This document shows positions 11,744-25,689 of a stretch of DNA of 39,887 nt, piece by piece. A program made the position numbers and the translations under genes. Origin of the DNA: Microthyrium microscopicum (Eukaryota); the NCBI GenBank assembly GCA_010405405.1, contig MU004232.1:2834507-2874393 (forward strand). Reading direction: 5' to 3'. The stretch's first letter is position 1, and the number at the start of each line of letters is the position of its first letter. Below the pieces are notes generated by a model. That model was not told the origin of the DNA, ran no database searches, and saw only the letters and a program-made list of their open reading frames with translations.

Positions 11744-14145
11744 CCTAAGGCCTATAGAGAATAAGCAAATAGATAAGAGCTAAAGCTAGTAGACTAAAAA
11801 AAGACCTACACCTATTAGTACTTAGATAAACTACTAGTAATAACTATACCTATAATAACTAAGGTAAGGTAAATATACTATCTATAAAGTTCTTCCCTTA
11901 AATAGAGGCAATAGACCTTAGTAATATAAAGGACGCTATTCTACCCCTAGAACTAGAGATAAACTATAAGATAATAGTAAAAGAGATAGATTATATAATT
12001 AGTAGCCTTCTAAATTGTAAGGTAATAGGACTTATTAATATACTAAACGAGGTTCTAAAGGCTCTTAGACTTAAGGCGTAACTAAAAAAGGAGGATAATA
12101 ATCTAAAACTAATAGAATTTAGTAAAAGACTAATACTTATAATTAGCAAAATGCTAATAAGTAGTATAATTCTAAAATATTTAAAGCAATTTTACACGCT
12201 AGTACTAAAAAAGCTAAGCAAGAAAGACTACTCGTTACTAATAGCCTACTAGCTAATTATCTTTAAGAATATAATAGTAAAGTTAGTTAAAAAGATTATT
12301 GCTAATAGACTTACTTAACTTATAAAGAATAACGACCTACTATCCTAGAACTAAATAAAAGCTAGAGTAAGGTAATTAATACTAATAGTAGTATAGCTTT
12401 TAAGAAGTACTATTAAAGTAGTATAGAAAGGAAACGTAAGAGCTATAGTATTAGTACTTAGTCTTAACCTTTAAGAAGTATATAATAATATTAATCTAAG
12501 GAGGCTTCTCTATATCCTAAAGATAAAGGAAGTTCCCTAATAGTTAATTAATATAGTAGTAAGCTTCACTACTAATTATATAACTTAAATTATATTTATT
12601 AAGTACTAAAGTCTAGTAATAATAACTAATATAAGGATCTTTTAAGGATCTTCTTTTTTATCTATTCTCTTTCTCTTCTTTATATTAGAATTACTAGAAT
12701 ACTTCTAGGACGTAAGTAATAATATTTTTAGATTTAGCTTTATAGATAATACTATATTAGTTATATAGAGTAATACTACCTAAGAGAACTATATAAAACT
12801 AGAAGAGACTTATTAAAAGTATACTAACTAGATAAATAAGTATAGAGCAAAGTTTACTCTTAATAAGTATTAAGTAATATACTTTACTTAAAATATTTAC
12901 TATCTAGAAATAGACTTATAATCTATAGTAATAGTAAATAATATATCTACTAAGCTTATACTAAAAAGCATTAGGGTACTAGGTATATAAGTAGATAAAA
13001 GGATAAACTAAAAAGACTATATTAAAAAGACTAAAACTAAAGGATTTAAGTAAGTAGTAATACTTTTAAGAATAGTATAGTTAAGATAAGGACTAGTCTT
13101 TAGAAAGACAAAGCTCTTTTATATAGTAGTTATTAAGCTAACCCTTATATATAAAGTATAAGTATAAGGTCTAGGATTACTATTCCTTAAGACGCTAAAG
13201 AATCGTTATAAACTACTAATAGTAGTTTAGAATAATATACTCTATAAGATAATAGAAGAATACTAAAAAACTTTTATTACTTTATTAAATAAGGAAATAA
13301 AGGTTAAACTACTTTAAATAAATACTATAGTTTTAGTAGAGAAATATGCTAATAAGAATAAAGACTTAATAGTAATATAAAAGATAAGTAAAATTATTAT
13401 TAAAGTATACTAGATAAACCTTTTAAGAAACTAGAGGATACCTCTCTAGTAGTAATAACTAAGAAGCCTAGTAATATTTAAACTAGTATAGATATACGTA
13501 ATTAAAGTTATAGCTTAAAGAGTTAACGTACTAAAGTAATAAAAGAAGAAATTAAAGATAAAGTAGAAGTAAGATACTAACTATAGGTACGTAACGTAAC
13601 TAATAAATAGTACGCTATAAAAGAAAAAGAAGGTAAAAACTAAACTAGAGCTAGAGATATTCCTAATTAGAGTATATTACTATAGGCTTTAGATAAATAC
13701 TTAGGTATAGCTTATAAGGACGTAGTAGTATACTACTATAGTATAAAGAATATTATAAAATAACTAACTAATTAAACTTTATAATAGTCTTAATAAAGTA
13801 TAAGTAATAGCGCTCTTCCTTATATAATTAAAAGTTATTAAACTTAATAACTAGCTATATAGTATATAGATACTAATAGTCTCTCTACTATAGTACTTAT
13901 ATAGTTACTAGTAATAAATAGTTTACTATATACTACTAAACTACTTATAATATTATAGAGAAAGATTACTAGAATAAGTAATAATACTAAATAAAGCTTA
14001 TATACTCTTTAATCTAAAAGATACCTAAGTAGTAGCTAGATAGCTACTAAAAAGTAGAGCTCTTTAGTAATTTAAGCTAACTAAAAAAATTATAAAAATA
14101 GATTTTAAGGCGTATAAAGAACTACTAAGACTTAAGGATTTTATA
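11744..14145 (+). pseudogene. LINE ORF2 reverse transcriptase relic (partial)
   Basis: De-RIP motifs: LWR.SKW.R, K.DYS...AYRPI.L.N...KL.EKI.ANRL (~12220-12315), NQMGAR..RST, GIPQGS.LSPILFLFF (~12634-12681), F(V)DD at 12739-12750, ..RVLG..VD.R..W..H. Confidence 0.92.
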
Positions 14146-14709
14146 AATAACTAACTATAATACTATAGTACTAATAGGCTAGTAATATATAATTATAAAG
14201 GAAATAGCTAAGTCTAGAAACGTAATTAATTTTATTTTATATTTATCTACTACTCTTTATTAAATAACGCTACTATTCTACTTAATAACTAGGATATCTT
14301 TATTAATAAATTTATTTTTATGCTTTAAGCGTAAAGCTTTAGTAAAATAGCTTATAGGTAAGCTAAATTAGTAACTAGTATAGCTATATTAATCTTTAGC
14401 TTCTTTTTCTTTTACTATACTAATAAGGCTATAATAGAAGTAAACTAAGCCCTATAACTAGTAAACTTACTTACTAAACTCTCTATAACCTCTATCTACT
14501 TAGTAGCCTTTTTATCTATACTTAATAATATATACTTCTTAATATCCTAATAAGGATTAACTAAGTTAGCTATTACCTTATTAAAGGCGTATTAAAGATA
14601 CTTACTCTACTCCTTTAACTCTACTAGTACCTTATTATAATATTAGAAAAGATAAAAGATTAAGAGTAAGGATATACTTATAGCCTTATACTTAGAACGT
14701 TACTCTTTA

Positions 14710-15750
14710 TAATAAGAGTAAGGATACTAGCTAAGACTAGCCTAACTATAAATATAGGTAATTACTATAGTAAACGTACTAAAACTAACTAAGTACTTAC
14801 TATTAAGTAACTCTACGTAATAATATAATGCTTAGAAATAATATAAATAGATTCTTGTACTAAGGATATATATAGTCTATATTATAATAGTTAATATTAT
14901 ATATAAAAAAATACTAAAAGACTTATAATAAAAGCTAGGATAAAACTAGCTAATTTTACGTCTAAAAATAAAGTAGTATTTTTAATATCTATAAATAAAG
15001 TAGTTTTTACCTTCTTTAGAAATAATAGAAAGAAAGTACTTATAAGCGTAGAACGTTTACTAAGTACCTAAAGGTAAGAGGAAGAGAAAGAAAGAGAGCT
15101 TATAAAGGACTTACTCTTAAAAAAGAAATTAAGAAGAGTAGAAGGTATAATAAAAACTTAGAGAGGAAGAAGTAACTAAAACTATATAGATTTAAAATAC
15201 TTTATACCCTAGAGGTAGACTATATAGACTACTAAAAACTTAGAGGTAGCTATTTAGTAGCCTATTATATAGTATTAAAAAGCGTAGATTAATAGAAAAA
15301 ACTTAGCTAAAGGATATTATAAATACTCTACTTAATAAGTATTAAAAGAGAAGGCTTAATATAGCTAAGAGCTATAGTAATACTAAAGCCTATTAAGGGT
15401 AAAAATTAATTATAAAAACTTAAGAATACGTATTATATACGCCTATTATAAAACTATATAGAAAGTTAACTATATAAAGATAATAGCTATAAGCCCTTAA
15501 GAAGGGAAAAATTAATAGAAACTTATTAAACTATAATAGTAAAACTTAATAATAAAGCAATACTAAATAGAAATAGGCGCTAAAGAGCTAGATCTAATCT
15601 ATTCTAAAGGACGTTATAGCCTTAAGTAATTAGGTAATAAATAAGTCCTAAAAGGGAAACTAGTAATAAGAATAGTATTAAGGATTAAGATTCTAGCGCG
15701 TAGCATAAAATCTATATAACGTATAGTATACTTAAGCTATATAGGGCCCC
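14710..15750 (+). pseudogene. Degenerate extra ORF in the LINE 3' region, product unknown
   Basis: One frame reads as a charged/helical protein (e.g. RQEEEKERELIKDLLLKKKLRRVEG) with only TAA/TAG interruptions. No domain recognised; bounds approximate. Confidence 0.4.
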
Positions 15751-16429
15751 TAGTAGTTAGTAACTACTAGTTACTTACTATATTAACCTACTAACTAGAA
15801 TTCCTTTAGTAAGCTTTATAGTTTATAGAGAAATAATATAAGTCCTTCTATTTAGAAGTAGTAAACTAAGAGAGTATTATAATAATACTAGAATAAGGCT
15901 ACTAAAAGGTAACTAAAGAAATACTATAGGTTTCTCTATAGGAGTTTTTCTAAAAGTAAGAGTAGCGTCTATATAGTCTATTAGCGTAGCTAAAAGACAA
16001 TAAATAAGATTTATATATATATATATTTAAACTATATTTATAATAATAATATTAGCTTAGCTAAGAAGTATTCTTATAATAATAAGGAGGAAATTACTAA
16101 GAAGGATAAGAATCTTTTACTTTTAACTATCTACTTTAGTCTTTTTATATTTTAAGGCACTAATTAGGTCTTTCTTCCTTAATAGTAAAGGTTTATTAAG
16201 CGTATTTTATTTCTTTAGTTTTCTTATATTTTTATAATTTTCTAGTTTTATTTAGTAGAAGAGAAGGTCTTAATATAGATAAAAAAAAAGTATTTCTATA
16301 TATAGGTTATAAATAGTACCTTTAATTATATTTCTATAAAGTAAATTATTATAATAAAAGGGCTAGTTTTTAATCTTAGTTATACTTAAAGAATAGATTA
16401 GTTTAGTATTAATCTTTTATAATTATCTT

Positions 16430-19400
16430 ATACGTATTTTATTTTCTCTATTTACTTTATATAAGCTTTTAACTATTTAATAAAGTTAATTAGTTCTTCT
16501 ATTATATTTAAATAACTTACTTATTTAATAACGTAGACTATATAGAGTTTACTCTTTATTATTTTTTTATATTTTTTAGCTATAATCTTCTCTACTAGCT
16601 ACTCTTCTTATTTTTTTTTATCTAAGTTTTTAACTAAGATTAGTAGTAGATAAGAATTATTAGTATTTTAACTTAGAAATAAGTTATTTATTATTAATCT
16701 AAGTAAGTTAATATAGAATTTCTTAGTTCTTTATAGCGTATTTAGTACGATTATATATAAGTTTACTACTTTTATAACTTAAAACTTAGAGTAATAGTAA
16801 TTAAACTTTTTCTTTACTTATTTAGTCTTAATATTCTTTAGATTTAGCTAGACTTAATTACTAACTTTATACTTAGGCGTTTAAATTCTTATTTAATTAG
16901 CTTATTTCTATATTTTTTTTTAGGTAAGAATTATAGTATTTTAAGCCTATTCTATAGTTTTTAAAATTATATAAGTAACTTCTTTCCTTCTCTTTTTTAG
17001 AGTATTTTTCTATTTAGATAAGAAAGCTTACTTAGAAAAGTCTAAAAAGATAGAGTTTTTAAAGCTATAGAATAGAAAGAAGAGTAAAAACTTTATTATA
17101 AATAAGTATTATAAGTTAAGTATAAGTTAAAGTATTAGTATTAGTAAGAACTAGTTTAATTATATATAATTTATATATATTTATACTTTAGCTTTAATAT
17201 TTAAGTTCTACTATTCTATAGAGCTATCTATTTAAGAGTAAAATATAGTTAATAGCTATAGCTCTATCTATAGTAGTATATAAAACTTTATTTAGAAGTT
17301 TTTTATAAATACTAAGTTATAATTATAAATAATTATATTAGGAATACTATAAAGAGAATAGACGTATTATAAGAAAATAGCTATAACGTCTTTAGCTTTT
17401 CTTTAAGTAAAAAAGATTAGAATTACTTCTTTACTTAGCTAATTAGTAATAATTATTAAAATTATATATCTATTTAATAAAAGAAAGTTTATTATAAAAT
17501 CTATAAATAGTTCTTACTATTATTAGCTTAGAATAAGTAAAGGCTTTAGAAAGCTTCTTTTCTACTTATAATTAACTTTTAATTAGCTATATATACTATA
17601 ATTTCTTATAAAATACTTTATATTAATTATAATTCTAAGTTAGAAGAAGTATAGCTATAGAACTTAGTAAGTATCTTTATAACTAGAATAGCTTTAAGTT
17701 AAAAATATATAAGCTATTTATAATATTATTATCTATAGAGGTTCTAGATTTAGGATCTATAGTTATTTTCTTTAGTAAAAGTAATCTTTACTATTAATTA
17801 AATAGTTAAGAATAGAGATCTTAATACTTATAATTAATAAGAAAAACTTCTATTTACTAGCTTTAATTATCTAATAAGCTACTTAATAGATATTATTAGC
17901 CTATACTACCTTATTTTACTAAGTTACTAATAGTTTAAAGATGTTTAGTATTAGTAGTAGTAAGCTAGAAATTAAAGCTTTATTAACTAGTAGAGTCTTT
18001 ACTAATTTATTTTTTATTATTATAAAAAGAGTAGTAATATAGATAAGTAAGGCTTATAGTAGTTTAAGTAATTAATCTCTTTAAGTATAAAGTAGTTAAA
18101 AAGTTCTAGCCTAAATTCTTTTATTAGCTATATCTTAAAATATATCTTATTTATAATAAGAAAAATTATTTATTACGCTATTCTATAGACCTAGTTAGTA
18201 CTTAATTATAATATTATACTTTATAAGTTTAATAAACTATTAAACGTATCTTTTTATAAATTTTTATAGTTTTATAAAATACTTTAAGTTCTTATAATTA
18301 GATATTACTTTAAACTTCTTTACTACTTATAACTTTAAGTTTTTTTTTTTTAAAGTAAGTATAATTATAAGTATCTTTTTATTATAAATTAGGTAGTTAC
18401 TTTAAGTAGAGTTATATTTCTTAAAGAAATAGGCTATTAATTAAAACTTACCTATTTTATTTTTTTATACTAGTATAACTTCTAAAGAGTAATTAAAAGA
18501 GTTAGTATAGATAAAAGTCTCTCTATTATAATTAAATAGGGCTAGTATTTAGTTAATAGTAAAGAGCTATTTTAGCTTCTTAAACGTAGCTCTCTTTAAG
18601 TCTTTAAATAAGAAAGAAACGTTCTTTTAAGTAAGTTAAATAAGAGGTTCTATAATTATTTAAAAGTTTAGTATAAATCTATAATAGAAATTAGTAAAGT
18701 TAAAGAAAGTTTAAACTCTATAAACGTTCTTAGAAGCCTTCTATTCTTAAATTACTTTAACTTTAGCTAAGTTTATTAAGATTCCTTATCTAGCCTTAAT
18801 AATATAATCTAGGTATATTATTTAAGTAGTTATAAATTTATACTTCTAAATATTAAAGTAGAGTCTTACTTTTTATAACTATTTAAGAACTTTATAAATA
18901 TAAGCTTTATATTACTTCCTAGTACCTAAGTTAAAGATTAAGACATTATCTAAGTATATAAAAATATAGTTATTTAAGATATCTTAAAGAGTAGAGTTAA
19001 TAAATCTTTAAAAAGTACTTAGAGTATTTAATAATCTAAATAGTATTACTATTTATTTAAATAAGCTATATTAGATTTAAAAGGCTATCTTCTACTTATT
19101 ACTCTTATATATTTAAATCTTATAAAATACTTAAGATATATCTAGTTTAGTAAATTATTATATCTTTTCTAAAGTATTTAGTATTTTATAAATAAGTAGT
19201 AAGAAGTAGTAGTTCTTTATAATTAACTTATTTAATATATAGTAGTTATAATAAAACTAAATTAATTTATCTACTTTATAAATAAAGAAAACTAGTACTT
19301 TAGTAAGTAAGTTACTTACTTAAATAAATCTACTTTCTAGTAAATTATTAAGGATTCTTCTAAGAGCTAGTAACTTATTCTAATTTATAAGGTATAATAC

Positions 19401-21850
19401 TTATTAAGATAACTAAGGTTCCTTTTTATTAGTATTTAGAATTAAGTTAATTTTATAGTTTATAAAAAGGCCTTAAATAAGTAGCTATTTATTAGCTAGC
19501 TCTCTTTAAAAGAGATTAAGATAATCTAAATATTATTTAGGAAGCTTCCTATAAGGGTTAATATACTTTTTAGAAGTAAGAGCTTTCTATAAGTTATAAA
19601 AACTTATAGTAAAGACTTATATAATTAATATTAAACTTTCTTAAAACTATTTTACCTACTTTCTAGCTTATTAAGTAAGTATTCTAAATACTATAGTTTT
19701 AATTATTATATAGTTATACTTTTTCTAAGGAGTCTTTAGACTTATAATTATATAACTTATTTCGTTAAAGACTAACTTCTTAGGTTTTATATAAAGAATA
19801 ATATTATATTTTTTTATCTAAAGTAGACTAAAGATTATATTATAGCCTAGAGTCTTTTTTACTATAAAGACTTAAATAGTTTCTTTATAGCTTTTAATAT
19901 TAATTTTTATAATTACTATTTTATAGATTTTTTTAGTCTTACTATTTATTTCTTTAATAGAAATTACTTAAAATAGTAATATACGTTTAAGTTTATATTT
20001 TTAAGTAAAGTAAAGACTTATAAGGGAATAAGTTAAGTAGCTACTATTAATAAAGCCTATATATAAAGAAAGTTAATTTACTATTAAAGGTATTAAAAAG
20101 AGCTCTATAACTATATCTTAAGTAAAAAACTTCTAATACTATCTTAAAATAATATTTTTATAATTTTCTAGCTTAATATTACGTCTTTAATCTAAGTTTA
20201 CTAGTTTTCTAATTCTATATTAGTAATATTATATAAATTATTATAAGAATTATTATTTCTTAGCTAAGTAGTAATAGCTCTTACTAGCTAGCTATTTTAG
20301 AGAGTATTTAGAGCATTAGTAGTACTAGCTTAGAATCTACTAGTATTATCTTATAGGCGTTTATTTTTAGTAGAGCTTCTTTTACTTTATTTTTATCTAT
20401 AACTAACTTAGCTATAAAAGAAATTCTAGTTTCTAGATAATACTTAGAGTACTTATTTATAGTTCTAAATTCTATAATTAGCTAAGCTATAATAAAAATA
20501 AAGGTTATTTTACTTATAGTAGTTATACTAGGCTTAGTTAGCTCTAACCTAAATATTTTCTATTACGTCTAAGTTTTAATTTTTAGATAGCTAAGTCTAT
20601 TAAGTATTTATTTTAGCGCTTAAGCCTCTTAGGCTATAATAACTTATATAGGCTTAAACTATTTAATTTTAAGTTTCTAAAGCTTTTTAAATAAAAGTAT
20701 TTAGGTTATTAGACTAGAGATAAGTAATTAGAACTATTCTAAAACTAGAATTTATAGTATTTTCTAAGAACTATATTTAGATAGAGGTAGCCTAAAATTA
20801 TACTCTAGTATAGATAAAATACTACTAAAACTTAGCTTAAAAAATTCTTTATTTTCTATCTCTTTACTAAATTTCTTAAAGGTTTATTAAAGCTTTTATT
20901 TCTTTATATAAGTTATAAAAGAGAAAGTTTATTTATTCTATAAACTTACTAAAACTTATAATACTATAGCTAGTAAGATTCTAAATCTAGAAAAGGACTT
21001 ATTAAGTAGTATCTTTTATAAGCTAGCTAAATATATAGTAGATTTAAGTATAGTTATTTATATAAATTTATTTATTAATATATAATTTTATTTTAATTAT
21101 TTAGTAAAAACTAGGGTAAAGAGTTAGGTCTTTATATAAGTATTATTCTAAATTTAGGAGAGCTAGTTAGAGATTTTATAATAGTAGTTAAAGTAACTTA
21201 TATTAAATAGCTAAAGAATTTATTAAAGAAGGTAAAGGAGAGGCTACTAGTCTAGCTATTATAATTAGAGTCTAAGAAAGATTAGCTTATAGAATTAGAG
21301 AAAGGTAGTAGTTATAGTTAAAAGTTTCTTTAATAAAGAATATAGCTAGTATTAAAGAAAGAGTTATATTAAGCATTATAGATTTCCTTTAGAGTTATTT
21401 TTATTTTTATTACTACTACTAGGTTAGTATTCTATAGGTAGTATTATTTACTTATTATATAAAGATTTTACTACTAGTATAGATATTAGTAAGCTATTTA
21501 TTTTAGCTATTAACTTAGATTTAGAGTTTAGTATAAACTATTATAATTTATTATATATTCTTATTTAATTATATATAAATTTTATTAGTTAATTTATTTA
21601 GTTATTATAGAGCTTATTTATAACTAGTAGTAGTTATATATAATTATAAAATAAATAAATTAAGCGTATTATTAAGTAGTAAAATACTATTTATTACTTA
21701 TTATAAGCTATTATTAGTTACCTTCTAGGATATATCTAAGTAGTTCTATAGCTCTATTTATTATTAGTTAATATACGTAAAGTACGCTTTTATATTCTTA
21801 TAAATAAAGCCTTTAAAGGACGTTTCTCTATTCTATCTAGTAGTTATTAG
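16430..21850 (-). pseudogene. Gypsy gag-pol relic: protease, RT, RNase H, integrase, chromodomain
   Basis: Protease FIDSG (DSG 20040-20048); RT YLDD(V)LIF (18945-18956); SMDPAKV..I.EW..P.NV..V..FLGFANFYRRFI; RNase H PVAYFSKK...AQ.NYPI.DKE.L.I; integrase H..H.G...FFWP...C..C and LKPLPIP...W...SMDF (~17480-17720); chromodomain EEWLVEKI (~16585-16610). The gag bound is approximate. Confidence 0.9.
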
Positions 21851-21941
21851 ATAAGAAGAATCTTAGTCTATTATTCTAGCTATTTATTAATAGATAGAGA
21901 GAGAATAAGGAAAAAGAGGAGTTAGTTTTAAAGTTATCTAA

Positions 21942-22103
21942 TATTATAAGTTAAATAATAAAGAGATAAATTATATTATAAGCCTACTAAATAAAAAAGT
22001 AACTTAGAGAGAAAGAAAAGTTAAAAGACTCTTTAATTAAAGTATTTATATATAATAGGGGTAGCCTAAATAGGTATAGCTTTAGTAAGTTTAATTTCTA
22101 ATA
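21942..22103 (-). repeat. Gypsy 5' LTR
   Basis: Direct repeat of 10236-10397, followed by TSD ATATT. Confidence 0.93.
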
Positions 22104-22459
22104 ATATTTATTATTAGGCTAAGTATATAAAGTAGTAGCTAGTACTTTAGACGTAGCTTAAAGTAACTTTAATTTAATATTATATTTAGCGTACTTAGTT
22201 ATCTATTTTATAAGCTACTATATTTCCTTTTTTATTTAAGAGTATTTTAAAATTATAGTTCTAAGAAACGTATAAGTATAAGATAGGAAGACTAAAAGCT
22301 TATAATAAAGCTAATATTATTAGAATTAAGTAAATAAATAAATACTTTAGTAATTAGTAAAAATAAAATTAAAGTAATTAGTAATATTATAAAGTATTAT
22401 AAAAATAATATTATAAGTATAAATAATTAAATTAGAAATAGAAGAAAAGTAAATATTCT

Positions 22460-23150
22460 AGTATTTAGAGAGAGGCCTTAGTTAGTAATCTCTTACTCTA
22501 AGTATATAGTCTACTAATTAGTCTTTATTCTTACTACTTATAAATCTAAAATTCTTAGTATAAATTATTAGAAGTAACTCTAAATTATAAGGATACTAAT
22601 TTAGCTAGCCTAAGTTTAGAACTAATTAAATTAAAGCTTCTAACTTTAATTTATTTAATACGTATTTAATATTAGGCGCTTAGATTATATTTTAACTTAG
22701 AGAAAATTTAAAGATTCTTAAAATATTACTAATAATTTAAGTTAATATTAAAACTCTACTTAGCTATATATTTAAAGAGTAACTTCTATACTATTTTAAT
22801 ATTAACTATTACTATAAGAAAATTATAGGCTAGTTAGAAAATAGATTTATATATATAGTATTTTTTATTTAATATTTCTATTACGCTTTTTACTACTCTT
22901 TACTTAATAATATCTATTTATCTTAGAAATTTTCTTTAATTTTTATTAATATAATCTTTATATTATTAATATATCTCTTTAACTTAACTTATAATTTAAA
23001 CTTATAAGCTTTATAATAAACTATAGACTAAACTTCTAGTAACTATTATAGTTTAAAAATCTTATTTATTACTTCTTTTAGCTAAGTAAGCGCTTCTTTA
23101 GCTACTATTATTAGTAGTTAGAATAGATATCTTAATATTAATATAGTACT
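22460..23150 (-). pseudogene. Unidentified RIP-degraded coding relic in the host sequence
   Basis: A minus frame reads protein-like (AKEALT.LKEV..KIFKL..LLEV...) with RIP-type stops only. No family recognised. Confidence 0.3.
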
Positions 23151-25079
23151 ATAAAGTTTTACTTATTAAAGATAGTAATAGTATACTTTTAAATAGAGCT
23201 ATAAGATTAATATAGCTAGAATTACTTAGACTAAAAGTATTATTATAATAATTTAGTAAAAGTAAAAAAGAAGAAAAAGTTTTAAATAGCTTAGAAGAGC
23301 CTCTTAGTACTAGTAGTTCTAGTAAAAGTATTTATTTTACTAGTATTTTATTAGTATTAATTAAAATATTTAAAGTTAGTATAAGTTAGAAAAATATATA
23401 AAATTTTTTATATATATTTTAGTACGTAAGATCTAATTATATAACTCTTAATACTTATAGCTTTTAGACTTAATATAAACCTTATTCTAACTATATTTTT
23501 TCTATAAAGTAAAAATAAATATTAATCTTCTTCTATTATAGTCTTTATAAAAAATACTATCTAAAGTATAATCCTTTATTATTATATCTTAAATAAATAT
23601 TTTTATAGCTCTTAAGATATATTATAAAAGATTTTACTAAGTAATACTTATAAATTTATTTAAAGCTTTACTTCTATAAGAGTTAAGAAATAACTTTAAA
23701 ATACTTCTAAGGTTTTTAGTTACTATAATTATTAGTTATAAGTTAAGAATTAAACTAAAAAAAAGAAATAAACTTAATTTACTTATATAAGTTAGCGTAA
23801 GAAGGATTTAGGACTTATAGTTCTATTTATCTTTTATTTCCTCTATATTAAAGTATCTAAAGTAAGTTCTAGAATAATTATATATAAAGAGTTACTTAAG
23901 TTTAGAACTATAAAGTAAATTACGTTTACTATAATTAACTTTAAAGATAATCTTTCTTACTTACTATTAGTAAGAACTTTATAAATAATAATATAACTTA
24001 TATAAAGTAAAAGATAAGCTATAGTAGTAGTTATTATACTTTCTTACTTATTTAACTACTTAATATAATTAAGTAGTAAGATAAGTAAGAGAAGTTAGAT
24101 ATAATAAAGGCTAATAGAAAAGATATTTAAAAGATAGTATATTATATTAATACTTTAAAAGAATAGAAATTAAAGATAGTAATAAAATAATATTTAGAAA
24201 GAAAAAGATAAAAAAAATTTAGTAAGTAAAAAAAAATATAATACTTTTTATAACTATAGTAAAAGTATTCTATTAAGTAAGAAAATATATACTATAAGCT
24301 AATTACTAAGAACTAAACTATAAACTATAGACTATAGAAAATATAAAAAAAAAAAATATAAATAAAAATAAAAATACTAATTACTATTAGTTAATAGTTT
24401 ATTATTTAGCTAACTACTTAGATTATTAATAGAAGAAGATTATTTATTCTTATTTTTAGTAGTAAGTTTATTATAAGAAAGTAGAGGCTAGATTTAAATT
24501 TTCTTTAAACTTTTCTTAAGTATAGTAGAAGTAAGCTTATTTTTCTTATTCTTTTTTTTAGAAAGTATACTAGTTAAGTTAGTAAAGTTAGATACTATTA
24601 TACTAGTAAAATTTTTAGTAGCTAGTAGTATATAATACTATAAGAGGATATTATTCTAGAAAGGTTTATACTTTTAAAGAATAGAAGTATTATTAGCTTT
24701 ATAAATCTCTTATAAGTATTAACTATAGATTAAGCTAAGGTTTATCTAGATTTCTATTTTATAGTTAGTATTAGTTTAAATTATATAGTTAAAGCTAGAG
24801 TAGCTAAGCTAGATTTAAAATAGTTATATATAATACTATAGTTTAATAATTTATACTTTTAAGAAAGTAAGCTCTATATTTATACTTCTTATCTTCTAAA
24901 GTTATTTTAATATTAAGAACGTTTTTAAAATAGAAGAATATAGTAATAAAGTTTTTAGTAAAGAAGTTATTTTATAAAGTATACTTCTATTTATTATTAT
25001 TATTATAATATTAAAAAGTTAAGTTAGTCTTATTATATAAGTCTTAATAATAGCTCTATATTTAGTTAGTATTATTTAG

Positions 25080-25480
25080 TTAATAGTTTAATCTAAGTAA
25101 ATTAATCTAAGTAAATTAAAAAGTCTAAGTCTAGTTTAGTTTAATCTAGTCTAGTCTAATCTAATTTAAGTTAATCTAGTCTAGTAAGAGTAAAAGTTTT
25201 TTTATTTAAAAAGAACTAGTAAGTAAATCTAAAGATTAAATAATAAATCTAAGAAATTAAACTAAGAAATTTAAACTAAGTAAATTAACTAAGTAATTTA
25301 AACTAAGTAAATTAACTAAGTAATTTAAACTAAGTAAATTAACTAAGTAATTTAACTAAGTAAATTAATTAAGTAATTTAGACTAAGTAAATTAACTAAG
25401 CAAATTAACTAAATAATTTAAACTAAGTAAATTAACTAAGTAAATTAACTAAGTAATTTAAACTAAGTAAATTAAAGCTA
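25080..25480. repeat. Short tandem repeats: (TCTAG/TCTAA)n then alternating 13/14-bp AACTAAGTAAATT / AACTAAGTAATTTA units
   Basis: Directly visible: 5-mers at ~25120-25185 and >15 AACTAAGTAA units at ~25260-25475. Confidence 0.9.
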
Positions 25481-25689
25481 AAAAAGTATAAGTAAAGAAA
25501 AACTAGTAAACTTAGGCTTAGTAAAGTATAACCTAGTAAAGTAAAGTATAACTAAAGTATACTTTAATAAAGTAGCGTAAAAGCTAGTAAAACTATACTT
25601 AAGAAAAGTATCTCTTAGTAAAGCTTAGTAAGGAGTAGTATAAAACGTAAAAAAGTAAAGAAGAAGTAGTAAAATATAAAATAGAGTAA

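Larger units (their letters stand above)
11744..16018 (+). mobile_element. 5'-truncated Tad1-like LINE with long 3' extension
   Basis: TSD of up to 14 bp, ATATATATTTAAAC (11730-11743, 16019-16032). Starts mid-ORF2 with no ORF1 or endonuclease; ends with AATAAA and a (TA)n tail at ~15999-16018. Confidence 0.88.
10907..16171 (-). mobile_element. Candidate ~1-kb truncated non-LTR fragment, split by the LINE at 11744-16018
   Basis: On the minus strand AATAAA is followed by a (TAAT)n tail at 10907-10950. Candidate 10-bp TSD TTCTTCCTT[G/A] at 10897-10906 and 16172-16181. No diagnostic domain recognised. Confidence 0.4.
10236..22103 (-). mobile_element. Ty3/Gypsy LTR retrotransposon (chromovirus), full-length relic with nested insertions
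   Basis: 162-bp direct repeats at 10236-10397 and 21942-22103 (TATTA...TAATA, RIPed TG...CA), perfect 5-bp TSD ATATT (10231-10235, 22104-22108), pol order PR-RT-RH-IN-chromo on the minus strand. Confidence 0.95.

Noticed and set aside
10236..22103. Copia classification
   Set aside because: Domain order PR-RT-RH-IN-chromodomain and the YLDD motif are Ty3/Gypsy.
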